This document shows, piece after piece, positions 1-10,954 of a DNA stretch of 64,000 nucleotides (positions are counted from its first letter, which is position 1; every line of letters begins with the position of its first letter). A program made the position numbers and the translations under genes. Source of the stretch: a virus (taxonomy: Duplodnaviria > Caudoviricetes); IMG/VR virus record IMGVR_UViG_3300049144_000095, positions 32,001 through 96,000 of that record, one strand, 5' to 3'. Under the pieces are notes generated by a model. That model did no database searches. It saw nothing but the letters and a program-made list of their open reading frames with translations, and was not told the DNA's origin.

Positions 1-170
1 CGCTGGACTCCGTCGATTTCGAGAGAGACGGAGAAAGGCCCCTCCGGGCGCTTCTGGGCGAAGGTGAAGTAGAGCCGGATGCCGCCCAGCGTATCCATGC
101 CGTCGGGAGCGGGGACGTCGAAGTCGAAAGTGGCGGAAGCGCCGTCCGGGGGGATCTGGACAGTGGTCAT
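1..170 (-). CDS. Partial CDS running off the left edge, probably a minor tail or tail-associated protein
   Basis: ATG at 170 overlaps the TGA of the upstream ORF (ATGA coupling); open to position 1 (MTTVQIPPDGASATFDFDVPAPDG...). Confidence 0.6.
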   Translation of the reverse strand, partial: MTTVQIPPDGASATFDFDVPAPDGMDTLGGIRLYFTFAQKRPEGPFSVSLEIDGVQ

Positions 171-355
171 TCTTCTCCCGTCGAAGTGGCTCCGGTGTCG
201 GTACCTTGTCCTTGTCCGCTGATGTGCTTGAGTGCCTTGGCGAGCTTCGCCTCCAGTACCGCAATGGTGTGATGCGCGTCGGAAAGCTGTCGCTGATATG
301 AAGCGATCACGTCGTCCGACGAAACAACCGAGAGGTTTGTCACCGTACCGCCCAT
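167..355 (-). CDS. Small coiled-coil protein of the tail region
   Basis: 62-aa ORF coupled to both neighbours; heptad-like YQRQLSDAHHTIAVLEAKLAKA; true start may be the GTG at 343. Confidence 0.6.
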   Translation of the reverse strand: MGGTVTNLSVVSSDDVIASYQRQLSDAHHTIAVLEAKLAKALKHISGQGQGTDTGATSTGEE

Positions 356-1104
356 TTGTCTGGAAGAAGTCCGTTCTGTACGACGTGATTCACTACACGC
401 CTACGCATGATCTCTGGAACCTGTGCCTGCATCAACGCCTGCTCCACAAATCCCTGACGCACGCCCTCCAGCTCGGACTCTCGGTCGGTCAGAAGCTGCC
501 GTATGTCGTCGAGCGGCTTGGAAGAGACCAGTTCGATCTGCTGCGTCTGTTCCTGCATGCGGTCGGAGGTCTCCGAGCGCGTTTTCACTGTATCGGAGGA
601 GAGTCCGGTCATGCCCTTGCAGGGAAAGGTCTGCTTCTCTGATGAAGACAGACATCCCTTCACGTCCTCGACCCCGGAAAGCACCGTGTCGATGCACATG
701 CGCATCACTCCATCCGTAGTGGCAGGCATGACGGCAGGCATGATGCGCTGCATCACGTAGGAGGGAGCGAATGACTTCATACGGGATGGGGGGGCCTCGA
801 AATAGTGCTCCGTGATTGCAGCAAGAGGATGAGGTCCGTAATCGATTTCCTCCTGTGGATGGTAATACCGCTCCAGATCCTTCAGCTCCATATCGATGGT
901 GCTGGCGTAATCAGGGAGGCCCCACATCTCCTTTCTGTAGGCAATCCCCTGCAAGCGGATGTGGTGTCCGAACTCGGTGGGATCGTCGAGGTTGTTCGGA
1001 TTTTTGTGCACCACGATGAGCATGTCGGACGCCGGATCGTACTCCTCCTGGGGGCGCGGCTCATGAGGTCGGAGAACATATCGAACAACGTGGAATTCAG
1101 GCAT
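340..1104 (-). CDS. Hypothetical protein of the tail region (probable minor tail protein)
   Basis: 254-aa ORF directly downstream of the large tail-tip gene in the same operon. Confidence 0.6.
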   Translation of the reverse strand: MPEFHVVRYVLRPHEPRPQEEYDPASDMLIVVHKNPNNLDDPTEFGHHIRLQGIAYRKEMWGLPDYASTIDMELKDLERYYHPQEEIDYGPHPLAAITEHYFEAPPSRMKSFAPSYVMQRIMPAVMPATTDGVMRMCIDTVLSGVEDVKGCLSSSEKQTFPCKGMTGLSSDTVKTRSETSDRMQEQTQQIELVSSKPLDDIRQLLTDRESELEGVRQGFVEQALMQAQVPEIMRRRVVNHVVQNGLLPDKWAVR

Positions 1105-1110
1105 GGTTCC

Positions 1111-4100
1111 TCACGGTGTGCCACAGAAGGCGACGAAGAAGACTTCGGTTGTTCCGGCGCTGGATGCCCACTGAAAGCCGCCTTCGGTGCCCTTGGGGAA
1201 GGAGACGATGGATGACGTGACTGGTGTGTTTCCTCCATTGGGGGTGAGGAGTGGGTAGTACTTGCGCGTTGTCACCACTCCGTAGGCGTACGTCCCGTTC
1301 TGGAATGCCATCCGGTCAAGGCGCATCATGTCATTGCTGGAATGACCAGTATTGAACATGCCGCCGATGCGGAATCGGGAAGTGGCGTTGTCCCAGAATA
1401 TGCCTTGCTGGCTGATGGTTTCAGATCCCCAGAATCTGGATATGGTGGTTTTGGTCACGCCATAGGCAAGCTGGATGTCGACACGGCCGGACGAGTTGGC
1501 TGTAGCTTCTGGCGCACTCAGGACGAGACCCTTGGGGTCCCAGCCTCCGGTGCCCGCATTGTCCACCTGAAAGATGCGGGGAGGCAGGCCCGTAGAAGGA
1601 GTCAGCCCCTCGAATCGAATGCCCGCCTGACCGTTGTAATTGCCGTTCTCGGTGATCTGAATGGTGGTTGCGCCCGAGGATTGGCTCTTCATCTCGTAAT
1701 AGGCGCTGCGGATCGAGTGCTTGGCCGTGATGGCGTCCGCGTTCAGGACGTCAGTTGTCACTGCGTTGGCTGCAAGTAGCGGAGTCTTGATCATCCCGTT
1801 ACCGATGAACACGGACGATTCCTGCCAGACCTCGATCTGGCTGAACTCCAGGGCGACGCCTGGCGGTACGCCGTTTTCGAATCGGGCGTATATGTACGGA
1901 ATGATGCCGACGACGCCATTGAGAAGGGGGTAACCGGCGGCCGACTCAATCGTATATGTGCCATTCTGTGTAAAGGTGTAGTCGCCGGTCAGTACGCCCG
2001 AGGTGCTGAGGGAGACGCCGGTGCGCTGATACTGCCGCGCCAGCATGGAAACGGTGATGATGCCGGATCCCAGGCCACCGGCGGGGATGCCCGAGACGGT
2101 GACCACCATGCGGGCCTTGTAGTTGCCCGTCAGAACTCCGTCCGTTCCGCCAGGGCGGGTCACCGGCCACGCCAGCTCCGGGGTGGTCAGCGTGTCCCCG
2201 GGGAAGGTCTGGAGCCGCACGAACAGTTGGGTGTTGTTCGAGAAGCCGAAGCGGTTGAATGCGTTCACGGAATTGACGTTGGTCAGCTTGACGGAGCCGG
2301 TTCCGGGATAGGTCCACGTCACCCCACCCGCAGACGACGCTACGGCCATGGCGAGGCGGGCGTCGTTGAGCGGTCCGGAGGTGAACGTCGGGTCGACCAT
2401 GAGGTTCGACGAATCGCCGACCGCCAATGACTGCACGCTGAGACTGTGCGCCTTGATCTGCTCAGCGGTCAGAGTGCCTGCGGCGATATTGTTGGCTGTG
2501 ATGCTGTTTGCGGCAATGTCCGGGCCGGTGACGCCTTGCACCACAATCTGGCTTACATTCGAAATGCCGGAGATGACGGCTGCACTGTTCATTACCTTGA
2601 AGCGGACATAGACGGTATCGCCGACATTCCACGTCGGAGTGCCACCCTTGCCGCTCATGATGATCGAGGATCCCGGGGAGAAGATGTCGCCCGCATGGAA
2701 CCAGTTGGTCTGATCCCGCGACACCTCTACCTGTATCTCGCGGAACTGGGCGGGATACGTCCCCCCGGCTGAATCCTTGCCGTCCCATTCGGCTTTGACC
2801 GTGCTGAGTTTGGTGGACAGCACTGGAGCTGAGGGATTATTCAGGGCTGCGGTCGAATAGTCCATCCTCCGGGTGATCGAGGACGACCAGTCGGAGGGGT
2901 AGCCGGACTCACGGATCGCCTGCACCCGGAACTCATAGTCGTAGCCGGAGTCCAGCCGGGGAATCTTGCCGTGGATGATCTGCCCGCTGGACGGCGAGTC
3001 GGGCTGGGCCACCACCACCGTGAACGCCTGTGACCAGTTGAAGTCGGAACGGCGAGCGCTGACGTTGTAGCGCGCTACGTCGATGTTTTTGCCGAAGATG
3101 TCCTTGGTGACCACCGTGAAGGCGACGTCGGCCATCGAGACCGGGTCACCGATGGATGAGAAGTAAGGGTCATTGGTGACGGAAGACAATGTCGGCTTGG
3201 CGGGCTTGGCACTGCTGACCGGCTGAGATGGCTTGCCGCTCCCGGCGCCCGTACCGCCGCCGCTGACGGGTCCTCCACCGTTAGTGCTTCGGGCTATCCA
3301 GCGTTCAGTCTGGAGCGCCCGGTCGGTGAAGCGGTCGTTCAGAGTGAGGGAGATGGAGACGCCGTACGGATCCTCGCCCGAGAGCGTGATCTGGTAGACG
3401 CGCATCGCGGCCTTCTGGGCCCCTGTGGGGGCATCGCTGGTCGCTCGGATCCAGTCGCCTGGACGGTAGTCGAACAGGGGGACCGGGGCGCCTTCGGTCC
3501 ACATGAACTTCTTTGTGTACTGGGTACGGCTTTTGTACTTGGTGGCCAGCAGGTTGTCGGTGATCTGCGCGAGCACCTGAACGTCGCTGACGCCGCTGGC
3601 GGAGATCGCCTCGTCCCACTTGCCCCACGGATAGTCCGTCGGGTTGTCGGGCATGACGACCATGCCTGCCGTCAGGCCGTTGTCTCCGATCGCTACGAGC
3701 GTTCCCGCGACCTCTTCCCAGGTGCGCTCCACTGGCTCCTCGGAGGTCGCCAGCATGCCATGAATGTGGACGCCGGTGTCCGTGTCGAGTCTGCGGGCAA
3801 GAGTGCCTTCCGTCGTGTAGCACTCCAGGGCCCGCTTGTTCATGCGCCAATCGAAGAAACCCTGCCTGGCGAAGCTGTCCAGGATCGACCAGGCGTCCTG
3901 CCCGTAGTCGAAGGAGACGTTCCGGATGACTTCAGGCCAGCCGTTGCCGTCCGAGTCGAACAGCGGAGTGAAGGGGATCGTCAGCTTGGGCACGTTACCT
4001 CGCGCGTGAGCGAGGACAACCATGTCCACCAGAGGCCTGGCTGCACTCATGGTGACCGTGTAGACGACCTGGTTGTCCTTGTTCAGGCGCGGGTTGTCGG

Positions 4101-4446
4101 GATCCATCCAGCGGACCTTCTTCAGCATCCAGCCATAGCTGGGCATAGTGAAGGAGAGGATGCGGGGTCGCGTCGCAAGGTCGACGGAACGCCGGATGTT
4201 GATGAACCGGCACCCCGGGTGCTCCACGAACACCCCCGTCTCGGGGTGCCTCAGTTCCAGTGCCACCTCGCACGGATTCTTCAGCGTATCGGCCGCTTCC
4301 GATCCGTCGGGATACGTCATGGTGAGCGAAGGCATGTCGTTGTGCGGTATGCCCGCTTCCCAGGAAAGCGGGTGCGGGAGAATGCCCTTGGACTCGCCGT
4401 CGGGAGCGTATACCCGGAAGCGGGGTATCAGGGTGTTGACGCTCAC
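1111..4446 (-). CDS. Large minor tail protein (tail tip/host specificity) with fibronectin type III-like domains
   Basis: 1111 aa; follows the distal tail gene; FN3-like segments (LDSGYDYEFRVQAIRESGYPSDWS; VYVRFKVMNSAAVISGISNVS) and ITANNIAAGTLTAEQI repeats typical of siphovirus tail tips. Confidence 0.85.
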   Translation of the reverse strand: MSVNTLIPRFRVYAPDGESKGILPHPLSWEAGIPHNDMPSLTMTYPDGSEAADTLKNPCEVALELRHPETGVFVEHPGCRFINIRRSVDLATRPRILSFTMPSYGWMLKKVRWMDPDNPRLNKDNQVVYTVTMSAARPLVDMVVLAHARGNVPKLTIPFTPLFDSDGNGWPEVIRNVSFDYGQDAWSILDSFARQGFFDWRMNKRALECYTTEGTLARRLDTDTGVHIHGMLATSEEPVERTWEEVAGTLVAIGDNGLTAGMVVMPDNPTDYPWGKWDEAISASGVSDVQVLAQITDNLLATKYKSRTQYTKKFMWTEGAPVPLFDYRPGDWIRATSDAPTGAQKAAMRVYQITLSGEDPYGVSISLTLNDRFTDRALQTERWIARSTNGGGPVSGGGTGAGSGKPSQPVSSAKPAKPTLSSVTNDPYFSSIGDPVSMADVAFTVVTKDIFGKNIDVARYNVSARRSDFNWSQAFTVVVAQPDSPSSGQIIHGKIPRLDSGYDYEFRVQAIRESGYPSDWSSSITRRMDYSTAALNNPSAPVLSTKLSTVKAEWDGKDSAGGTYPAQFREIQVEVSRDQTNWFHAGDIFSPGSSIIMSGKGGTPTWNVGDTVYVRFKVMNSAAVISGISNVSQIVVQGVTGPDIAANSITANNIAAGTLTAEQIKAHSLSVQSLAVGDSSNLMVDPTFTSGPLNDARLAMAVASSAGGVTWTYPGTGSVKLTNVNSVNAFNRFGFSNNTQLFVRLQTFPGDTLTTPELAWPVTRPGGTDGVLTGNYKARMVVTVSGIPAGGLGSGIITVSMLARQYQRTGVSLSTSGVLTGDYTFTQNGTYTIESAAGYPLLNGVVGIIPYIYARFENGVPPGVALEFSQIEVWQESSVFIGNGMIKTPLLAANAVTTDVLNADAITAKHSIRSAYYEMKSQSSGATTIQITENGNYNGQAGIRFEGLTPSTGLPPRIFQVDNAGTGGWDPKGLVLSAPEATANSSGRVDIQLAYGVTKTTISRFWGSETISQQGIFWDNATSRFRIGGMFNTGHSSNDMMRLDRMAFQNGTYAYGVVTTRKYYPLLTPNGGNTPVTSSIVSFPKGTEGGFQWASSAGTTEVFFVAFCGTP

Positions 4447-4447
4447 T

Positions 4448-5287
4448 TCACACCACCGCGTAACTGGATCGCACTAGCACTCCGTTGTTGCCGCCCACTG
4501 TCGAGACAGTAAACGTACCGGACCTGTTTCCGAAGGGGCCAGATCCACGAGAAGTGAACGTCAACGGACCGTTCCCCCTGAACTCCAGGGCGCCCGTCAC
4601 GTTGGTTCCGGTGGTGAATGAGAAGTCCGACGTCGTTTTCAGGCGAGCCCTCATGTAACGTGGATCGATCAGAAGCCACTGACCGGAGCCGACAGTCGAG
4701 GATCCGTCACCCCAGAAAATGACGGTTCCTGACGTGTTGTCGGTGACCGTCAGAGATGTTGCGGGCCCCGTGAGCAGCAGCAGTGCGTCTGCAATGGGGA
4801 CGGTCGAAGCGACGGCGTTGGGCAGGGTGGACGCCCCGTTGAAGAACGCCTGGTCGGTCTGCGGCCCTCGCCATGCACCCCCCGGGATGTTGAAGATGAT
4901 CGTCGCGTCCGCCCGGTCGGAAGGGCACGAGAAGTCGGGGGTGTTCATGGAGGCGAGCTGCGCCTGCGCCGTCTCTTCGATGCTCCCCCGCACCCGGGTG
5001 AGGGTGATGGGCTGGTTGGTGCCCATACCCAGTAGGCCCATCAGTGTGTTCCAGCGCGACGCCAGCCCCTCGGGGGTCCTGTCCACCACCCTGATCTTCA
5101 GGGAGACCGTGATCTGGGACAGCGGGTCGTTCCACATGGGGATCGCGTAGTGCACGCTCGGGATCTCGACCACGGCTCTGCGTGGCGCCAGGGCGGGCGC
5201 GTACTCAGTGCCGTCCAGCAGGTACATGCCTGAGGTGACGGCCTTGCCGCCGATGGTGAATCCGTTGATCTTGTACGCAGTGGCCAC
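4448..5287 (-). CDS. Distal tail protein (Dit-like minor tail protein)
   Basis: 279 aa, beta-rich, immediately downstream of the tape measure gene, the canonical Dit position. Confidence 0.75.
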   Translation of the reverse strand: MATAYKINGFTIGGKAVTSGMYLLDGTEYAPALAPRRAVVEIPSVHYAIPMWNDPLSQITVSLKIRVVDRTPEGLASRWNTLMGLLGMGTNQPITLTRVRGSIEETAQAQLASMNTPDFSCPSDRADATIIFNIPGGAWRGPQTDQAFFNGASTLPNAVASTVPIADALLLLTGPATSLTVTDNTSGTVIFWGDGSSTVGSGQWLLIDPRYMRARLKTTSDFSFTTGTNVTGALEFRGNGPLTFTSRGSGPFGNRSGTFTVSTVGGNNGVLVRSSYAVV

Positions 5288-5290
5288 CTG

Positions 5291-8200
5291 TCACACTCCA
5301 CTGATGGTCGCCGCGTAGGCCAGCGACCGGTTGATCGTCACCGACGTCGGCTCGGCCTGCGGGTACTGATTGTTGATGTTGAAGACGGTCGTGGCCCCGG
5401 CCTGCGGCGTGGCCATGCGGGCGATCGACACGGAGATGGACTCGGGAGGCGTGCGGGCCATCATGCCCGCCCCGAGCATCGTGGTGCCGGAATCCCCCTG
5501 GGTGACCCGGACCTGCTTCGAGCCCCCGGTCAGGCCTGCGTCGTACAGCCGCTTGGCCACGCCGGAGAAGCCCCGGCCGCCGCTACGATTGATGACCTCC
5601 AGCAGGGCGCCGAAGCGCTTGGCGGCTGCCGCGTTAACGACGAACTCTCCATTGGAGAGCATCATCGGAATCACGTCGGACTTCGGGCCGCCGGGTCCGT
5701 TGATCCAGCCGCCGGTCGCAGCCTGCCCCACTCGCGGCGGGCTGTTCTTCTGGTAGTAGTAGTAGCCCACCGAGACCGTTGCGGAGCGGTTGAGGGCCCG
5801 GCTGATGTTCGAGCCCGCGTTCCAGGCGGCCTGGACGATGCCGCCGAGCTGCCCCTTGAAGCCGCCCACGTTGGCCAGGGTGACGGTGCCTTTGGGGCTG
5901 AGCTTGCCCCGGTTCGCGTCGGCGACGGCTCGCTTCAGGGCTTCCAGCAGGGCGGTGAACTCGGAGGTCGACAGCTTGCCGTCGCCGTTCACGTCGAACT
6001 TCCCGGCCGCCTCGTCCCCGAGGATCAGCTTGGCCAGCGATTCGATCTGTGCACGGTAGTTGGCGTCGTTGAGCTGCGCCTTGCCCTTGGGGTTGAGCAA
6101 CCCGGCACCTTCCGAAGAGGCAAGGAACTGTGTCAAGGCGAGAACCTTGGCCCGGTACTCTTCGTCGGAGAGCTTGCCCTTACCTTTGGCGTCGAGCTTG
6201 CCTTCGGCTGACAGGCTCTGCACGGTCTGGGTTAGCTGAGCGAGCTGTGTCTGGAACAGCAGGGAGTCCAGAGCGGCCTTGCCCTTGGGGTCGAGCTTGC
6301 CCGACGCCTCGGCCTCCTGTACGACGGCCGCCAACTTCTCGACGTCCCCCTGCGCCTTGATGATGTCGATGGCGACCTTGGGGCTGATCTTCTTGGAGCC
6401 GACCAGGTCGATGTACAGGCTCAGATCCTGAAGCGACTTGAAGGCCTTGGCGTCGTTGGCCGAGATGTCGATCTTTACGCCCTTGAGCCCGTTGAGTTGG
6501 GTGAGCAGTTTCTGGTACTGGTTCGACACGTCGGCGAAGTCCTGCGACGTCTTGGCCTTGTCGATCACATTGCCGAAGATGTCGGCGATGATCGTCTTGG
6601 TCTGGAGGGTCGCGTTCTGGATCTTGCCGGAGTTCTGGATGATGGCCGCAGCCAGCTCGCTGGTCGCATCCCCGCCGATCTCGGCCAGGCGGGGCCCCAG
6701 CTTCTCCAGCTCCTTGGCGGAGAGATTGGCGAGCTGAGCCACAGCGGGTGCCGCCTCAGGTCCGAGCTTACGGAACTGCTCGGCGATCTCCGGGCCGAGC
6801 GTGGTCGATATCTTGATCAGGTTGGCGGACCAGTCGCGCTGCGCTTTGGCGATCTTCTCCAGCTCACGAAGGTACGCATCCAGGCCGCCCTTGCTGGACA
6901 GGTTGAACTTGTCCATCGCATCCTTGGCGCCCGAGAAGGCGCTCTTCGCCGCCTTCTTGAAGGCATCGAGCGGCGTACCGAACTTCTCGAACTGCTGACC
7001 GAGATCGGTGATGGCCTGCTGAGCCGAGTCGGCGTCGGTATCGAGATCTTCCAGGGCCTCCCTGGTCAGCTTGATCTTGCCACTCGCCGACGAGGCCGAC
7101 GCCCCCGTACCGTCCAGGGCATCACTCAGCAGCTTCTTCGCCACCGCCGACTTGGTGGCTTCACTGGACTCCGATGCGACGACCGTACGAAGCGCCTCAA
7201 GGAAGTTCTTGAGCCGGATGGCCGCAGCCGCCTGGTCGTTGATCTCCTTGGCGTACGCGCCATTGACGTTCGGCGCATAGTTGTCGGCTGTCTTGCTGAC
7301 TTCCCGGATCGCCGTATCCAGGTCCGTCAAGGCCCCCTTGGGGTCATTCAGCGACCTGGACAGCACATCGCCGACATTCAGTCCGGAGTCGGCGAGCTGA
7401 TCCAGGGCGTCCTTGCTGATCTTGCTGTTGTCGGCCAGCTTCGACTGTGCGAGAGCCGCCTGCGCGGTGTCGAGCAGCCACTGCTTCACGTTGTCGCCGA
7501 TGGCCACGGTGTTCTCACCAAGGGCTCTCGTCGACTCGTGAACTGCTCCGCTGGCAGCATTGATCTCGCGCAGGTACCGGCGGGCTGCCTCCGCGCCTAT
7601 GTCATGGCCGTTGGCCTGCTTTTGCAGTTCACCTTCCTGGCCCTTGACGGCTTCGATCGCGGTCTTCGTGGCCTGAGCCGAAGACCTGGCGTGCTCCGCC
7701 GCCCGCTGATCTGCGGCGGAGAGGTCGTTCTTCGCGGTGGTGACCGTGCGGTAGACGCCGATGGAGTTCAAAGCGTCCTGGTTACCACTGCGCACGATCT
7801 CGTTGTACTTCTGGATGCCGCCAGCCGCCTTGACTGCCGCATCCGTGTCCGCCTTGATGGCGTTGGCCAGTGCAGTCGTACCCCCCGTGGCATTCATGGC
7901 GGCACTGGAGATCTTCTCCGCTTCGCTGCGGAAGTCGACCATCTGACCGATCATCGGTCCGAGCAGGATTGCCGCAGCTCCGATTGCCATGCCCCAGGGG
8001 CCAAAGGCAAACGAGGCGATCCGCGCCGCTGTGCCCGTTCCGGCGATAGCTGTCGTGGCTCGCGCTGATGTTGTAGAGGCTGCTGTAGTGGCGGCAGCGA
8101 ACTGTGCCGTTGCGGTGGCGAGACTCCGCTGAGAGACGGCAGATGCTGCTGCAACACCTGTCTGCTGCCGCAGGGCATTGGTCGAGGCGAAGGTTCCCGA

Positions 8201-10519
8201 CGCCAGCCCGAGCTGTGCAGCGGCCGACTGCTCGGATGCCAGTGCCTGCTGTCGCATGGGTACGGCAGACAGCGATGCGGCTGTGGCCAGAGCACGCGTG
8301 GACGGCACCGATGCGGCGTTTGCGGCGGCCAGGCGCGCAGCCGAGTTGGCGGCCTGATCTGTGGCCGTAGCGAAGGCGCGGAAACCCGGCAGGGCGCTGA
8401 TGACGGCTTGGCGCTGGGCGTTCTGAGCGGCGACGGTCTGCACGGCAGCAATGGCGGCGCGCTGGTTGGTCACCATGTTCGCCTGGTAGGAGGCCGTGGC
8501 GGCGCGCATGGAGAAGCCCAGCCGTTCATTGGCCGCAGCCTGCGCGTTAGCCGCTCCGATCGCTTCGGCGGAAGTGGCATTCGCTGCGGTCAGGCCATTG
8601 CGATACAGGTCAACGGCAGTTCGCAGGCTCAAGGTGGAAACGCCGAGGTTCTGCTGTAGCTCCCGAGTCGCGATCAGGCTCTGAATGGTCTTGGCGAGGG
8701 CCACCTGGTAGACCAGCCAACCGGATGCTCCCGCCACGGCGACCGCAGTGAGGGTGCCGAAGATTGGCACGATCGGCCCTACGTGGGCAAGGGCTTCGAT
8801 CACGTTGGCCAGGCCCGATGCAATGGATCCGATCGCCTTGGCCAGGGGACCGCCGAGCGTAGCCAGCAGGGTCTGGAAAGCGTCGCCGAGGTTCTGGAGT
8901 TCGGCAGAAGTGGTGTTGTAGATGCCTCGGGACTGGCGTTGCAGTTCCGTGCCTCGCGCGAACTCGACGTTGGCCCTGTCGAAGGAGTCCCGGACGACAT
9001 CGAAGTTGTTGGCCAGACGGGAGAAGACGTCGATGTCGCGGACCGCGTTTACGCCCAGCGCCCGGAGAACGCCCTGGACGTCACCGCCGACACCGGCTGC
9101 CCGGCTCAGGCCCTGGATGAATGCGAGCAGGAAGTCACCCCGTGTCGCCGGGTTGTTGTAGAGCTTCAGCACCTCCGCGTCGGTCATGTTCATGATCTTT
9201 GCCAGCTTGGACAGCTCGGTTCCGCCCGACGAGACGGCGGTGGACAGCTCGTTGAAGACACGGGTCAGGGCGCCACGGGATAGTTCGGGACGCACCTGAA
9301 GGGTGGCCAGGGCTGCCGACAGACCAGCCGTCTCCTGGGCGGTGAGGCCGAACAGGTTGGAGACGGTGGCGATCGAGGCGTTGACGCGCAGAATCTCCTG
9401 GTCGGTCGCGGCCGACGCGGTACCCAGGGCGAGGATGGCCGAGCCGAGCTGTTCCATCTCGGAGATCGGCACGTTCTCCATCTGGGCTATTCGGCCCAGC
9501 AGGATCGTCGCCTCTTCAGAGGCGACACCCGTGGTCAGCGAGAACTTCACAATGGTGTCGGTGAAGTCTCCGAGGTTGGCGGCCGAGATGCCGATCGCAG
9601 CACCGAGCTGGCCGATGCGCGAGACTTCCTCGAAGGAGATCGGGGCATTCTGTGCGATCTCCTGGAACCGCTGAAGCAGGCCGACCGATGAGGCTTCCGC
9701 TTCACCGACAACACGAGCCACCTGGGCAAAGGCCGCTTCCTGGGAAATAGCTGCCCCGGCAAGCGCCTGTGGTACCTGGAGCAGCGTCTTGAAGAGCTGC
9801 TGGAAGGAGCTTTCAAGCTCGCCAACTGTGTTGCGCAGTGCGAAGGTTGAGGCAGAGAAGGACACGTTGGCGCTCGACGCCGACCTGGTGGCCGAGCTGA
9901 GGCGCTGCCGGGACTGCGACAGCTTCTCCTCGTTCTGCGCCATGCGGGCCGCAGACTGCGCCAGCTTCTCCCGTTGGATGGCGAGCTTCTGCTCTTCGAT
10001 CGACAGCCGCTGAGCCGTCTCGGCGGCCTTCCTCTTCGATTGTTCTTCCTTCTGCTGTGCCGAGATCGCGTTCTGCGTGATCGACGACATCTGCTTCTGC
10101 GCCGACGCCAGTGTGCGGACGGCGTTCGCCATCTTTTCGTAGACGGCGACCGTGCGCGTGATTCGCTGATATTCCTTCTCGCTCAAGCCCTGGACTTGGG
10201 CGAGCGCAGAACGGAGCGAGCCGAAGGTGCCGACAAGGGTCTTCGTGACCTGCGACTGCTTCAGCTCGCTTTTCTCAAGCTGCTGAGTGACCTGCGCGAA
10301 GTTCTTGACGACCGAGAGGGCGGAATTGTAAGCAGAAGCGGAGGTGCGGATTTTTCCGGCCAGGTCCGCGTTGACATGGGCGACCTTACCCATGACGGTG
10401 TTCAGGTTCTGGAAGACCTTCTCCATCTGGCCGCCACTCTTGGTGACGGCCTGAGCGCCCTGCGCGAACGACCGGATGTCCAGGTTGATGCGGGCTGTCG
10501 CATCGAACGAACTCGCCAC
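5291..10519 (-). CDS. Tape measure protein
   Basis: 1742 aa, Ala-rich and helical; TP901-like core (AISQEAAFAQVARV...FEEVSRIGQLGAAIGI); follows the tail chaperones. Length implies a long tail (about 250 nm at about 0.15 nm per residue; inference). Confidence 0.95.
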   Translation of the reverse strand: MASSFDATARINLDIRSFAQGAQAVTKSGGQMEKVFQNLNTVMGKVAHVNADLAGKIRTSASAYNSALSVVKNFAQVTQQLEKSELKQSQVTKTLVGTFGSLRSALAQVQGLSEKEYQRITRTVAVYEKMANAVRTLASAQKQMSSITQNAISAQQKEEQSKRKAAETAQRLSIEEQKLAIQREKLAQSAARMAQNEEKLSQSRQRLSSATRSASSANVSFSASTFALRNTVGELESSFQQLFKTLLQVPQALAGAAISQEAAFAQVARVVGEAEASSVGLLQRFQEIAQNAPISFEEVSRIGQLGAAIGISAANLGDFTDTIVKFSLTTGVASEEATILLGRIAQMENVPISEMEQLGSAILALGTASAATDQEILRVNASIATVSNLFGLTAQETAGLSAALATLQVRPELSRGALTRVFNELSTAVSSGGTELSKLAKIMNMTDAEVLKLYNNPATRGDFLLAFIQGLSRAAGVGGDVQGVLRALGVNAVRDIDVFSRLANNFDVVRDSFDRANVEFARGTELQRQSRGIYNTTSAELQNLGDAFQTLLATLGGPLAKAIGSIASGLANVIEALAHVGPIVPIFGTLTAVAVAGASGWLVYQVALAKTIQSLIATRELQQNLGVSTLSLRTAVDLYRNGLTAANATSAEAIGAANAQAAANERLGFSMRAATASYQANMVTNQRAAIAAVQTVAAQNAQRQAVISALPGFRAFATATDQAANSAARLAAANAASVPSTRALATAASLSAVPMRQQALASEQSAAAQLGLASGTFASTNALRQQTGVAAASAVSQRSLATATAQFAAATTAASTTSARATTAIAGTGTAARIASFAFGPWGMAIGAAAILLGPMIGQMVDFRSEAEKISSAAMNATGGTTALANAIKADTDAAVKAAGGIQKYNEIVRSGNQDALNSIGVYRTVTTAKNDLSAADQRAAEHARSSAQATKTAIEAVKGQEGELQKQANGHDIGAEAARRYLREINAASGAVHESTRALGENTVAIGDNVKQWLLDTAQAALAQSKLADNSKISKDALDQLADSGLNVGDVLSRSLNDPKGALTDLDTAIREVSKTADNYAPNVNGAYAKEINDQAAAAIRLKNFLEALRTVVASESSEATKSAVAKKLLSDALDGTGASASSASGKIKLTREALEDLDTDADSAQQAITDLGQQFEKFGTPLDAFKKAAKSAFSGAKDAMDKFNLSSKGGLDAYLRELEKIAKAQRDWSANLIKISTTLGPEIAEQFRKLGPEAAPAVAQLANLSAKELEKLGPRLAEIGGDATSELAAAIIQNSGKIQNATLQTKTIIADIFGNVIDKAKTSQDFADVSNQYQKLLTQLNGLKGVKIDISANDAKAFKSLQDLSLYIDLVGSKKISPKVAIDIIKAQGDVEKLAAVVQEAEASGKLDPKGKAALDSLLFQTQLAQLTQTVQSLSAEGKLDAKGKGKLSDEEYRAKVLALTQFLASSEGAGLLNPKGKAQLNDANYRAQIESLAKLILGDEAAGKFDVNGDGKLSTSEFTALLEALKRAVADANRGKLSPKGTVTLANVGGFKGQLGGIVQAAWNAGSNISRALNRSATVSVGYYYYQKNSPPRVGQAATGGWINGPGGPKSDVIPMMLSNGEFVVNAAAAKRFGALLEVINRSGGRGFSGVAKRLYDAGLTGGSKQVRVTQGDSGTTMLGAGMMARTPPESISVSIARMATPQAGATTVFNINNQYPQAEPTSVTINRSLAYAATISGV

Positions 10520-10954
10520 CTAGCCCTCCGGCATGTCGTGCTGGTAGGAGTGCGAACGTGAGGGAAGCCGACGACCGTCGTTCCACACGTTGCGCGCCTT
10601 CGCAAAACGGGTCTCGCCCTTTTGCCTCGGCCGCCCACCCCGGCCTTTCTCATGGTTCTCGCGGTCTTTCTCAACCTCCGCGCAGGCGTAGCAAGTGACC
10701 GACTTGATATCGAAAACTATTTCGTTGTTGGTTGACATCCCGATCCAGGCAGGCGTCCCGCACGACTTGCAGGTCTCCTCTTCCAGGATCGTCACTGCCA
10801 TTGCCAGCTTGCGGTTCTTCTCGTCACCCCAGTCCGACGGGCGCCCGGTCAGCATCGTCAGCGGCGGCACTCCCCAGGACTTCGCCGCGTTCAGCGCCGT
10901 CCTGATCCAGGCTGACGTTTTCCACGTCAGGGCTTCCGCCAGGAAACCCGGCAT
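10520..10954 (-). CDS. Tail assembly chaperone, downstream (post-frameshift) ORF
   Basis: Overlaps the 3' end of the upstream chaperone in a different frame and abuts the tape measure start; CxxC...CxxC (CKSCG; CYAC). Confidence 0.8.
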   Translation of the reverse strand: MPGFLAEALTWKTSAWIRTALNAAKSWGVPPLTMLTGRPSDWGDEKNRKLAMAVTILEEETCKSCGTPAWIGMSTNNEIVFDIKSVTCYACAEVEKDRENHEKGRGGRPRQKGETRFAKARNVWNDGRRLPSRSHSYQHDMPEG